A stretch of DNA of 64,000 bases from Saccostrea cucullata (lineage: Eukaryota): contig NW_026928448.1 in the NCBI RefSeq assembly GCF_032062105.1, forward strand, positions 124,001 through 188,000, given 5' to 3'. A model generated the notes under the pieces. The model saw only the letters and a list, made by a program, of their open reading frames with translations, ran no database searches and had not been told where the DNA came from. Below are positions 13,401-25,314 of this stretch, in pieces. Each line of letters opens with the position of its first letter. Positions within the stretch are counted from its first letter, which is position 1. A program made the translations under genes and the position numbers.

Positions 13401-14750
13401 TATGCAAGTTCCAATATCAGTTGTAAAATTGGTAGGCTCTAAGACAACATTACTTAAATTAAGTTGTAGTAGTAGGTTTTGAAATGTATTATTCCCAGGA
13501 GCTAACATGTTTACATTGAAATCGCCTAACAAAAACAATTTCATCTCTGTATCTAGAGCTCTCTCTACAGTACTTGTAAACCTATCCCAAAAATCAGACC
13601 CAGAGTTGGGAGGTCTGTAGATGACTCCAACCAAAAACTTTTGATTTTGTGACTGGATCTCTGCCCATAAAATTTCAATATCAGAAAAATTTAAATCATT
13701 TCTAACTTTAAAATTTAATCTAGTTGAAATGTACAGTGCAACTCCTCCACCATATCTATTTCTGTCTTTTCTAACTGGTTGATAATAACCATCAAGTGAA
13801 AGATTACTATTGTCAATACTCTGATCTAAGTGAGTTTCAGTAATGGCAATTATATCATTTCCTGAAAATTCATTTCTAATAATATCAAGTTTAGGGGGTA
13901 AACTGCATACATTGTTGTGCACAATACTTATGTGTTTTTTTTATAATCTGCTGGACCTGGGTTTGTTTCCACACATCCACATATTAGTAATATTGTAATC
14001 ATAGTGATATTAAAGTGATTATTTGAGATATTAAAGATTTTTATGAAATAGTAAACAGGATACTGTTCACATTTTTGGTATTTGTTACTAATCAATGAAA
14101 AAACATTTGAACTGACATCTCTAGCTACATGTAACTGGAGGATAATAATGAAATGAAATATAGTATGCAAGTAATAAGCTGGAACAAAACTAAATGGAGA
14201 AAAATAAAACAAAACTAAATGGAATTCAAACAAGAGTAAACAAAAAATGAACAAAAAATATATGCAAATGAAAAACAAACTTTGTAGAACAAAAAGTGTT
14301 AACATATGTACACACACTGCATTTATTGGAGTCTGAAACAGTTGTAGTAGGAATACTGTAGGAATATTGTTTAAGCACTGTAAATTTCACAGGTTTTAAA
14401 CCCAAGCAAACAATTTCCAAAAAAGTCAAATTGCTGAATGTATCCATAGAACAAATTCGAGCAACAATTACTAGCCCATGACTCCAGTATTAAACATACA
14501 CACAAAAGGATTAAGATGATTCTTAAGCATATAAGTATTGAGAGACTTCGAATTACCATATCTATATATGTTGAATTCCGAAAATTCATAAAAATCCTTA
14601 CAAATAAAGATACAAAGAAAGTTCCAGTAAATGTTCTACCAAGCTTCTTTCTGTACTCTTCACTAAAATTTAAACAGTGGTGAAGGAGAAACTTCAGTTT
14701 CAGGAGCAAAAGTATATTCGAGAGGTGTTGTAAATCAGAATTGGATACTT
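10478..14750 (-). mobile_element. CR1/L2-clade non-LTR retrotransposon, near full length
   Basis: APE endonuclease plus RT ORF (next feature). 3' UTR ends GGAGAGGG..AGGCACTGCCT..GCCCAATCC..AATAAAAATATGTTTAAA at ~10478-10550. Hydrophobic upstream ORF fragments span 13928-14709. The 5' boundary is approximate. Confidence 0.9.
10789..13990 (-). CDS. LINE ORF2 (APE endonuclease + reverse transcriptase + C-terminal Cys/His domain), split by two frameshifts (~13930 and ~11695)
   Basis: ITETHL, GGGVALY, YRPP, GDFN, CIDL and SSH (endonuclease); YRPISLT, QSGF, DISKAFDRVWH, GVPQGSVLGP and LFADD (RT); CQKC..EDTEHYFINC at the C-terminus. ORFs 11655-13922 and 10789-11706 join across a 2-bp insertion. Confidence 0.9.
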
Positions 14751-15189
14751 ACTGAAAAATTAAATCATAATTTTTACCAAAGTCAACAATATAAAAAAAA
14801 TTACGACTTTTCAACTTTATTTACAACCATTTCCCACGATATTGATTAAAATTCCGGCGCCTTTTATATCATTGACAGCTAATTTTTCCAATAAAAATTG
14901 AACTCGTAAATTTACATATACCTTGTCATTGTCATTTGCAAAATTAGTTAAAAACATTCTGATTGTACATCAAAGTAGTGACGATATTACAAGTTTATAT
15001 TAAAAAGATGCTTGATTCTATTCTTATATCTATGTGGTTTTGGGAAAACAAGTTTCCGACAATCTTTTGGAATTCCCATTGGTACCAATTGCCCCCCGTT
15101 ATGAGCAGTCCTATTTGTTGTATTCATATGAACATTTGTTCAGAATTTTATACGTGAAAAGAAGAGAACACTTACCGTAGCCTTTAGAT

Positions 15190-15545
15190 ATACTGAGGAC
15201 GTATTGTCAATTAACAATAGTTATTTACATTTTTATGTCGATACGATATGTCAAGGTGAGCTCGAATGAAAGATACTACAGAGTCTGACTCATCTGTTTC
15301 ATATTAGGGTATTTAACTAGAAAAAAGACGTTAATGATAATTTAACAACCAAGCTTTATGATTAATTAAACGAGATGACTTTTCCATCGTCAACTCACTT
15401 ATGCAGCAATATACCTTCATCAGCTGCATACAGGGTTATATCTCCCAGTTTAATAATTTCTTAAACGACTTCAGTTATTCAAAAAACAAGGTAATGAAAC
15501 AAGAGTTTCAGAAGTCCTGTTAAAATTCATCATTTCCGAGCTTTT
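15190..15545 (+). mobile_element. Degenerate Penelope-like element RT fragment
   Basis: Translates with breaks as DVLSINN..ELE.KDTTES..LTTKLYD..RDDF..CSNIPSSAAY, the typical Penelope RT C-terminal region. Confidence 0.7.
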
Positions 15546-16129
15546 ATAGTCAATTCCTTTTTGAAGCATTTCTTAATACAACAAAAGAAAGTAAGCTTTA
15601 TTTTTTTCTTAATTTTTTTTGCTTACAAACACACTGAAAAATAGTCACAGAATATCATAAAAGACCAAGATTTGATGAACTTCATTTTATGCATTGTAAT
15701 CGTAAAGTAATTAAAAAATAATCATGATTTCAAGACCTTTTTTATGAGTAATTAATTAAATTACGATTACAACTGTACTTGTTATCAGAAAAATGCATGA
15801 TTATTGGTTACTCATATTTGCACCAAGCTTTGATTTCTCTCTGAATGTTATATTTTCTAAATGTCTGCAAAAATATTAGACATTGTCAAGTTCCTTTTCT
15901 TTCTTTTTTTTTTTTTATCTTTTTAAAAAAGAATTGTGTTGTCATGGTTCCTGAAATTGTAAAAAGTAAACTTGCAACTCTTTAAAAACACAGCCCTTAT
16001 CATCCCTCGGTTTTCTTTTATTTAAAACAAAATTCTGATGTGTGCAAACACAGAAGTTCCGCTTAAAGTAAACAAGTAGGATTTGTATGACAAAAATATA
16101 TTCGTGTTTATATTAGAGTTACCGTTCTT

Positions 16130-16740
16130 CTCTTGTATAACGTTAACACAAATGCTAGAGAGATGTATGCATGTAAAATATAAAAAAGATAAGTGTTAGA
16201 TTTATCGGTTGTTCATTTCAAAACCCTTATGAACTCAAAACACACGTTTATTTCTTTTACAATTGATATGATTATAACATCCTTAATTTTCATTTGATTA
16301 ATTAAGCAAATATCCTCATGCCAAAAACCAAAGAGCAGTTGCGTACTGATATTGAACAATAAACTTTCTCTGGGGTCATCAACTTGTATTCTAGGTACTT
16401 CAAATTAATCCTGTAATCTAAGATAGTCTTACAATCTCTCTTGCTACAGAGTAAAACCCTGCCTGTTGGAGAAGACTTTCCATTGATGTTTTCGACAGTA
16501 TCCTTGTTTGTACCGAATGAAATCAAATTCTTAATCCGTACGATTTCCAAGTTGCTAAAATGATTGGAATAAGAGAGCAATCAAAGGAGGTTACATGTTA
16601 TTTAATTGTGATTGTGTTTTTATATGTTTTAGAACATTGGGGCTGGTTATTACGCCTGCCGGAGTAAAGAGCTAGGGGATACGTTAAGTGACAATTTATA
16701 CTCACTGCTGAGTTTGTCTGTGTTTTACTCAATTCACTTC
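16130..16740 (-). pseudogene. Second remnant (5' part) of the LRR/TLR-like gene
   Basis: Nucleotide homology to 3455-3850. Translation TVENINGKSSPTGR..TILDYRINLKYLEYKL..SISVRNCSL has LRR spacing. Confidence 0.55.
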
Positions 16741-18020
16741 TATAAAATCAGTAAAAAAAGGTGAAAATTTGATGATTTTTAGAGATTTGTTGTTATAAAA
16801 GTAATTTTTTTCTCGAGCTCTGCGTTAGCACATGAGAAAAAGAGAGAAAGAGATTACTTTTGTTTGCAAATATGCTGGTCATGTAATTCAAAATAAACTT
16901 TGACGGCATACATGTATTACTTCTGATAAGAGAGATAATTTCGAAGTTCAAGTGATGATTACCACTCATGGTTTTCAGTTATCAGAGTTTCCTTACTGAC
17001 ACCTATGAGTAGTTAATATAACCAAATCTAACATCGGATGGAAACATAACCTATTTCTTTTGTCAATTTCTTTCTATTTGTTTTAATATACTGAACAATT
17101 TTTTTTAAATCCAATCGTAAAGGCCTAATAAATCGAATAAGGTCTGTCATTTTAAGCTTGGGGATCTATTTCAAAAAGGGTTTAATTTATGTTTCGAGTA
17201 CCAAATACAGAATTTTCAATAGCATTACAATTTTTTATTAGTTTTACAATATAGTTAAAATAAATTTTGTGCAATTTAGAGCATAGGGTCATTAGTCCTC
17301 AAGTAACCAAAGCTTTACCTTTTAATTGTAAAAAAATAAACATGCAAATATGGAAAAAATAAAATGTTGCATGGTTCTACTCTAGTTAAGGACAGAATAC
17401 CCAAAATCTTGAGAAAAATTAAAGTCTGAATTCAAACAACCTCTTGCTTTTTTGTCGTTTTAAGTTTCAAATTATTTTGCTAAATAATAAAATTGAATTT
17501 GCATTATCTTATTTTTAGGGATTTCATACCTCATATATAATAAATTACATAACCAAATAATAAATGATAAAGCAAAAGGTTTTAGATTTACATATTTTAA
17601 CAAATCAAATGCTTTCTAAACTAACCTAGAAAGTTACATCAAATTAAACCCTATAGAATTTACTTTAAAACCGAATTATGTGGAAAAAAGGATATAAACA
17701 TATTCAGATATAACATAAATGATACCCATATGTAGTTATAGATTAAAATGGCGATTTTAATACACTCTACTAGGAGTAAACTGAATTTTGAACGAAACTT
17801 AAAATTCAACATGTATTTAGTTTTAATTATTGAAAATTATATAAAAGTATTCAAGTTATTTTCTTAAGAAAAAATAATAAGCATCGGGTTAAATACGGGT
17901 GGATACGAGATCAATTTTACCATAAAAACCTTTGGGCTTTATAGATTACATCTCGTGACCAACCCGAATTTATGTCAGGATAGATGGTAAACAATTTCGA
18001 TCTTTCAACATCATATTAAT

Positions 18021-21000
18021 TTAATGAAATACAAGAGTGAGAGGTCCATTAATGGTGTTGTCAAAGGTATCGTGCTCAGTACGACAACATATGTCTATTC
18101 TGCTGTATCCCTTTCCATAAAAAGCGGGCCCTGTATCCACAACCTAAAGAAAAAGTCAGTTACTTTTTACAATGCTAAAAATATAATAATTAAATGTAAA
18201 ATGAAAAAAATAAACTCTTTATATAGTTTTGAATATTACTTCTCGGAAAAATGTAAGAACATTTTTTATTTCGTTTATTCCGTAAATGAAAGAAGTTTAA
18301 AGCATACATGTCTACACATGTACAATGTAATTTGGTCATACACTTTGTTCATTGAATCAATCTATGAAGTCTAAGTTTAGATTACCCGAATGGCTGGCCT
18401 TTGTCTTCAAAGAGACTTTAATTTAGAAGGCAACATGCCTGTTCGTTTTACCAATTTTTCATTGTTATAGAAACAATCGTGCAAAATAACACATTTGAAT
18501 CGGAGAAGGAGTTCGAATTTAATATGCTTTCGGGACAAAATTTTAGAAAACAGCTAAGTCAATCAATGATCAATGATTGTAATTGGAAACAAATACAAAT
18601 TAAGTGAGTAGTATTCTAAAGTAGAGTATTCATATATAATGTCGTTTAATTTGCATTCTGGGCTTTATTGTACATACAATGAAATCGATGAATCTGTTGT
18701 ACTTCCTATTCAATTCGGGGATGCAAACATGAGTTCCATAGGGAATCCCTGCGTGGTTATCCATAGCAACACTTACGTGATGAACTCGTCCCTCAAGATA
18801 ATCCTTCATACATAAGGAAAGAAGAAACTTGAAATATCTTGTAGCATATTGACTATGAATTTTGTGAAAAGAACAGAATATTAAGGATGACGTTTACTCA
18901 GGTTTCAGAAAAGAGAAAGAAAATTTTATAAAGTATAATATGTTAAATCAAAAATTGCAATAAATGAAAATATAACTAAGTTTTAACTCAATATCAATTT
19001 AAAAATTTAATATTTTATTATTTGAAGAAAATATACGGGATGAAATGTCAATGTATGGTAATGCAGAGGAAATTCGGACTAAATTTTTCATTTTTCATTT
19101 TTGTCAAAATCTTTTTATTTTTGCAATATTAATCATTATGTAAATGTTACACGTATTTTTAAATATCATTTTGCAGATATTATATGTATTTAAGGTAGGT
19201 CACTCGTCAGCCTTTTGGAAAAGTTCACGCAGAACTTCTTACTTCAAAACTATTTATAAAAATTCAATTTTTATAACATGTTTAATTTCAACAATGTTAA
19301 TGCTTTAGCATTCAACAAAAAAACTAAAAACGGCTCAAAAAGCTACAAAGAAGCAAGATTTGTGAGGGACTATTTTTTGTGGTGGAAGGATATTTAGCAG
19401 ATAATTCTGCAAATTTGCACATTTATTAAATTTAATATCTTGGACTTTTAGCCTCATATACTTTTACTCGGAGAATATTTTCCATTATGTTATTGCTAGG
19501 AATATTTAATATAGGTCTTAATTTATATTTTAGAACAAGTTTTACACCTTCCTTCAACAAACTTTACCAAAAAATGAAGATATGTCAAATTAGTCACTAT
19601 AAAATTAACACCATTTTTTGCCTGAAAATCACATATTTTGACCAATATTTTAAAATTAACATCACTGACCCCAACTTTTTCTTTCATTATTTTAAAGTAC
19701 TCGATACTTGTGACTAATCAGCACTTAAGTCGTAATAAGCTTGATTTAAAAAAATGTTTTATTGTCTATTTAATTTTTTAATACCCCAAAATATGTTACT
19801 TTTTAGTGCAAAAAGGTCACACAATAATTTACGCGCATTAACTTGCAAGTCTAGATTTATTCAATGATAAATATTATTCAAAATATTTTACGTAAAATAA
19901 GATATTTTTTTGCCATGGTTACATCTGATAAAATATAATAAAGGTTTAAGTAATCAACCTAAGAGTTAAAATTTAAATGCAAAAAGGTCAACTTCATTGC
20001 ACCGTAGATCAGTAAGATGAACACTGACCCCCTATTTTCTCTGCGATTTTGAGTCACTCTATATGAGTACTTATCCAAAATATACTTCTCAATAAATCCT
20101 TGATTTAAGAAATTTCACGAGTGATACCGGTATACCTTAAGCTCATAAATTATTTCAAATAATTGAATGATATGAAATAAAGAAATTCAATAAAATGAAC
20201 ATAAACCATTCCGGACAACATATCTCAATAATTTGATCATTGACCCCATTTATAATGTTAATACCATGAGAATTTGGGCAAAAAGGAAACCTAAGGCTAT
20301 AAATAATTTAGAGTTCTTATCAGTGAGATTTTTGTAATATTCGATTAAAAATGGGGAAAAATATAAATACGGCAGAGGAAATTCGGACTGTAATAATTAT
20401 CAAGTTTATGGCCAAAACTTCAATCGTTTCTTTATATGAAGCAATGCTGTTCCATTCCTATAACATTTTATTATTTGAAGAGTTTTGTTGCTTATAATAT
20501 TTTGTAAGTGAAGAAAAAAATGGTCATAGTGTAAAAATTGAGGTATTTCCCGCGAAATACTTAGGGGCCACTAGCATGAAAAGTAGGTCATTGACCTAGT
20601 AGTTTGAAATTGAAATTTAACATCAGAATTATAGATGTACAATGTGCAATAGGTGGTTTTTCATTCATATCAGTGGAATTTTTAGTCATCTGAGTAAAGG
20701 TATACCTTAAGCAAATTATTTATGTGTATCTTCTTCCTTTATTCTTATAGAACTGTTAAATACCTGTAGTGTTTGTAACTTGTGATCACGCATATCCACA
20801 AATCCCCCTTCAATGGGATCGTCCGCTGGGTAGTATCCCGTCCCCCGGGCATGGTGACGGTGATGGCCGTGGGTGCATTCTATGTTATTTATTGCCCCTG
20901 AAAGATAAAAGATTATCTTTCCTGTTTCAAATGGAGCTTTGTTTCTATTAATATTGTAGACAAAGCCAAATTTAGGCTATAAAATACATGTAGTTCTCAT

Positions 21001-21483
21001 TATAAAATCAAAATGTTGATACACGCCATTGGTCCTAGAATTAGAAAAATATTAAACAATACAAAAATTATTATAATGAATCTATAAAATAAAATATCTC
21101 TGAACATGTTTTAGACAGAACAAATATGTGTATTTAACTTGTGAGAAGGAATCCGGACTTTTGGGGGGAAATTGTTTGAAAAAATAATTTAGTGATAGAC
21201 TTTTATAATTAAATATAGATTCATATAAATACATTTCAAAATCATCTTTATAAGAATAAATACATTAAATTTTGAAATTAATGACATTTACAAACATACT
21301 TCTTTTCTTGAAATCCTTATAATAAACAATATGACAAATATTAATATTTGTGCTATTGAAAGATACACTTAAAAAAGAACAAAGTAAAGGCCTAGAAAAT
21401 AGAAATTGTAACTTTACAAGAATATCCATTGTACCTGAAGACAAACCGACTAGAAACACGAGAACAGTCACAAGACGGTACAT
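18021..21483 (-). CDS. Secreted 3D-domain (MltA-like lytic transglycosylase, double-psi beta-barrel) protein, 143 aa, 4 exons
   Basis: Exons 21483-21435, 20897-20764, 18803-18678 and 18143-18021, all GT-AG with consistent phases (1,0,0). Protein: MYRLVTVLVFLVGLSSGAINNIECTHGHHRHHARGTGYYPADDPIEGGFVDMRDHKLQTLQDYLEGRVHHVSVAMDNHAGIPYGTHVCIPELNRKYNRFIDFIVVDTGPAFYGKGYSRIDICCRTEHDTFDNTINGPLTLVFH*. It has a signal peptide and the 3D-domain motifs TGY, VAMD, IPYGT, DTG.A..G..RIDI. Confidence 0.85.
19194..20136. mobile_element. Non-autonomous DNA transposon with TTAA target site (Kolobok-like) in intron 2 of the 3D gene
   Basis: TTAA|GGTAGGTCACTCGT ... ACGAGTGATACCGGTATACC|TTAA. Internal direct repeats CACTGACCCC..TTTT at ~19662 and ~20022. 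Confidence 0.65.
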
Positions 21484-21985
21484 CTTTCTCGTTGTCTTAC
21501 AGACCTAGATGTTATGTAGATCATAATCTCTTATCAATATGGTTCAAACTAAATTTTCTCGGTTCTATTTTGAGGTTTCCTACATGAACATTAATATATT
21601 AAGGGAAATCAATATACTATTACTAACTATTTTCGTGTTGTTGATTGCATAGTTGTCATTTGTTTAAACTTCATCGGAAGTGGAATCGATTGCGCAAATT
21701 TGTTAAAACCTTACAGATGTTATTTCGGAAAATTCATATACTCAGCATATACTTAAAGACAGTTTATCATTTATAATAAACGCAATGCGTAATATCTTTG
21801 TATCCATATTGAATGTTATATTGTTAAAATGACAAATAGGCCCGATAGGCCGGGTGTTTAAATTCCTATTATATGTATATTTCTTGACAGCTGTTGTAAT
21901 TGTACATAACACATGTCACTATAATAAACCATTTACTTTCTTACTTACTTACTTATTTCTCAATGCAGTATACCAATAAAAAAAT

Positions 21986-22180
21986 CTATAAAGGACATTT
22001 TTGTCCCTGTTATATTTTCGCCCCTTTCGGCCTCTCATGGTTTGCCGAATTTAAGACGGGATGAATTACAAAGAACACTGAAAAATTTCTTAAACAGAAC
22101 TATGACTGTGCTAATTTAAATCAGTGCAAAATTGTTCGCAAAAGCAAAATAACTCAGGACGAAAATAACCCTGTATACAG
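21986..22180. mobile_element. Tc1/mariner-type MITE (CTGTATACAGGG family)
   Basis: Ends CGAAAATAACCCTGTATACAG|TA. Homologous to 29963-30166 and 35515-35585. Confidence 0.6.
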
Positions 22181-22714
22181 TATAGTTCACTGTTGTGGTA
22201 AGCTTCTTATGCCGATAGGTGACAAAAACAAAAAATGCCGAATTTTACTCCTTCCCCAAATGAAGCTTTGATTGTACCACATAAAGAATGTCCTGAAAAG
22301 CTATGATGTGAGCAGTGGTACATCAACAATGAATTGGAGGAATTATTACAAGCTCTAAGAAAGCATAAATAACAGGCAATTCCAGTGTAAAAAAAACACC
22401 AAATTTGCCTTCCCTTATGTAGCAATAATCCAACATAACCTTCATATGATGTTTTATGTTTTTCAACTGATTAGATATGCTTTGAATGTGATCTGTCTTA
22501 ATTAAAACCAAGACAATTTTCCAACAAATAAGTTAATTTTGAAGGGATTACAAAAACCTCGTTTAGGATCCGTTCTTTGCAGATTTTACGGTCGTTATAT
22601 GAAAACCTTGTATTTATTCCAACAAATGGATTCAATTTTGTCCAATATATGACATGGCATTTGTAACGTCATAAATCTGATACTAGATATAACAAAAGAG
22701 TATTTCCTCAACTT

Positions 22715-22795
22715 GAACAATACACTAACTCATGGCAGGTGTGGCTGATCAATCAGAGATGCATACACCTTCTAAGCTGTGATTCCACCTCTCTT
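22715..22795 (+). repeat. Penelope-associated interspersed repeat fragment
   Basis: CTCATGGCAGGTGTGGCTGATCAATCAGAGATGC..GATTCCACCTCT. A reverse-oriented relative lies at ~62195-62260. Confidence 0.45.
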
Positions 22796-23802
22796 TTAAA
22801 TATTGCCAAAGTATACCGGTTAATACATTTAAATGGTGTTTTGCATAAACATAAGACTTGTTAATTTAGTTAAATAAAATTCTAATAATCGAAATATAGT
22901 TCTTCATAAAAATTGGGGTTCGATTAATGAAAAATTAAAATTGATAAATTCAAAACGCTTGTTATTCACAAGGCTTGCAGAAAGAATATACACCAATTCA
23001 AGAACGAGTTAATATACTAGTAATAACAAAAAATAAAAGATGCTCTGTTTATCTCACCTGGATGAGATGACGAAGCACAAAGTGATGATGTCGTCTTGTT
23101 GCCGTTGATATGCCAAAAAAGTTATTTCTTGATTTAAGAAAACATGAAAACGTAGAATTATTACTGATCTGTTTAGTCTTGTAAATCTGCGGTAAATCTT
23201 TTGCTTGTAGAAGATTTTATTCTAACAGTCAATTTTGATTTTATTGTCATGAAACAGGGCAGATTACTGAACATAATGAGGCAAAATAAAATGTTAAACG
23301 TGAATATAAAAAAAGAGTAAATTTGCATGAATCAACATCAATTTGAAATATTGGAATATTGCAGAGCACCGATATCCAGATGCTTAACAAACCTATTCAA
23401 TGTGTTTGAGATTTTTTTTTCATATGATTTTAGGGAAATCTTACTACAAGGGAAGAGATACTGTAAATATTTAACCTTCCTATAAGATAAAAAACTATTG
23501 GTTCAGTTTCATATTAAAGGATTTATTCCATATTCCATTCTACACCATACAATACAAACGTATCTTATTATTTATCTTACCAGGAAACAATATCTTTGCA
23601 TATTGAAGCAATAAAGTACCGGTATGCAAAGAAAAAATTTGTAAAGACAAGTATGTTACACAAGAAAATTGACAAACTAATAAAGTATACATATTTAACC
23701 GGGACTGCCGACATTTCTGTGTCTTAACCGCAAAACAAACATTTCCAGTCAAAGGTTCATGAAAATGAATTCCAGGTTGAAAAATTTTGACAACGCTGCA
23801 AC

Positions 23803-25032
23803 CTATGTTTCAATCGTAACATAGAAAATGAAAACGATGATAGGAAGCATGGTGGAACAAATAAAAATGAATAAGAACAACTTGTCCAAAGCATATGCAA
23901 CTTCCTTCCAGGTGACCTTCTGATCTACGATGTCTTCACACGATCTGCCACGGTCTTCAGCGGGTTTAATTTTGATGTCGACAACAGATAAAAACTTTTT
24001 TTCGTGTGACTTTTGTCCCATAAATCTTACAAAGGCAACAGTGCAAGCAGAGAGGACATCACATGACCTGTGGTATATATTTATTACGAGGACATTGCAG
24101 ATTAAGATCATGGTGCTGTTTGCAAGTTGAAACGCAAAAATGATACTGAGGACAGAAAGCGGATTTGACGTCTGAGGAACCTTTTCAGTGAGGATAGTGA
24201 TGAAGACGGCAAATGACAGGAAACTAGTGATAGAAAAAGAAATTCTCTCCCCTGATTCGACCGGAAGTAGAAAGACCACCATATTTATTGACAAAAGAAA
24301 AAGAACCGGCAAAAATAGATTGACAATGAGGAAGGAAGATTTTCTTTTCATCTCCAGTTTAATTTCCATCGCTTTGTCAGTCATCATAGTGTCTAGAATT
24401 GATATCGCCCACTGTCCATTCTCAGTAAATGTATGCATTGTCGCTGTGGGTTTAGCGAGTTGCAGTTTAACTTCATAACCTTCATACTTGAGAACAGACA
24501 AGGTCAGCGAACAGTGATGGACATCAAAAGGATAATACGTCACATCCGGTTCACACATGATTTTTATCAGCCCATTAATCTGTAAATTAATAAATCCGTG
24601 ATTTGTAGCCGGTACTGTAAATCCTGCTACCTCAATCTCCATGAATGCTTCACTTTCTGCCGGATTTCGCACACCGATGTTTGGGATCCAAATTTCATCA
24701 ATCGGCAGTCTGGCGGCCGTTGCATTACCATAATCGCTTGGATTCCAAAAGATAGACTCGTCTTTCCAGGATAACTTAAGTCCACCATTGAAGGCAAAAA
24801 GACCACTGACTTCATTGTATTCTTGAATAGTGTGAAACTTGAAGGAAATTTTTACAATCAGTGGCTGATCTTGGTTTAATACTGGCCTTAAAGTTTTTTT
24901 GTATCCATTTAACAATTTGTCTTGTAGTGTTTTTTGTTGTTGGAGAGTCGAGAACTTTGGAGTTTTTGCTCCGAATACAATACATTGTGAAAAATATATA
25001 AATCCCAAAACTATACACCAGGTCCGATACAT
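23803..25032 (-). CDS. Intronless Cys-loop ligand-gated ion channel, nAChR-like non-alpha subunit (copy 1), 409 aa
   Basis: Signal peptide, YKKTLRPV, WIPNI, Cys-loop CEPDVTYYPFDVHHC, ENGQW, four TM helices, and ESGERISF before TM2. No vicinal CC in loop C. Confidence 0.95.
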   Translation of the reverse strand: MYRTWCIVLGFIYFSQCIVFGAKTPKFSTLQQQKTLQDKLLNGYKKTLRPVLNQDQPLIVKISFKFHTIQEYNEVSGLFAFNGGLKLSWKDESIFWNPSDYGNATAARLPIDEIWIPNIGVRNPAESEAFMEIEVAGFTVPATNHGFINLQINGLIKIMCEPDVTYYPFDVHHCSLTLSVLKYEGYEVKLQLAKPTATMHTFTENGQWAISILDTMMTDKAMEIKLEMKRKSSFLIVNLFLPVLFLLSINMVVFLLPVESGERISFSITSFLSFAVFITILTEKVPQTSNPLSVLSIIFAFQLANSTMILICNVLVINIYHRSCDVLSACTVAFVRFMGQKSHEKKFLSVVDIKIKPAEDRGRSCEDIVDQKVTWKEVAYALDKLFLFIFICSTMLPIIVFIFYVTIET

Positions 25033-25258
25033 TGTCTTGACAACTACTTAATATACTTTAAATTTCCAATACAACTTTTAAGTATACGGTTGTAGCTTTT
25101 GATCTTCCAAAAATCAATCTAGTCCGACCAATTATCAGTTATCAGTTGCAAATTAATGATGATGCCTTTTAAAAGCAGAGCATTAATATTTAATGATTTT
25201 GATAATCATTCTATATGTTATGTGCTCTTGATTTGTCAGATGTCCCAATGGGCCTTGT

Positions 25259-25314
25259 AATAGATAGATATATCTATTAATAGATAATAGATAGATAGAT
25301 ATATAGATATAGAG
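25259..25314 (+). repeat. GATA/TA microsatellite specific to duplication copy 1
   Basis: Absent at the homologous site (~28645) in copy 2. Confidence 0.8.

Noticed and set aside
18021-18143. DICCRTEHD as a phospholipase A2 CCxxHD active site
   Set aside because: The spacing has an extra residue, the following Cys and the Ca-binding loop are missing, and the whole spliced protein fits the 3D domain instead.
18021-21483. Bacterial contamination as the source of the 3D-domain sequence
   Set aside because: It has three spliceosomal introns, host transposons inside an intron, and local pseudogene copies.
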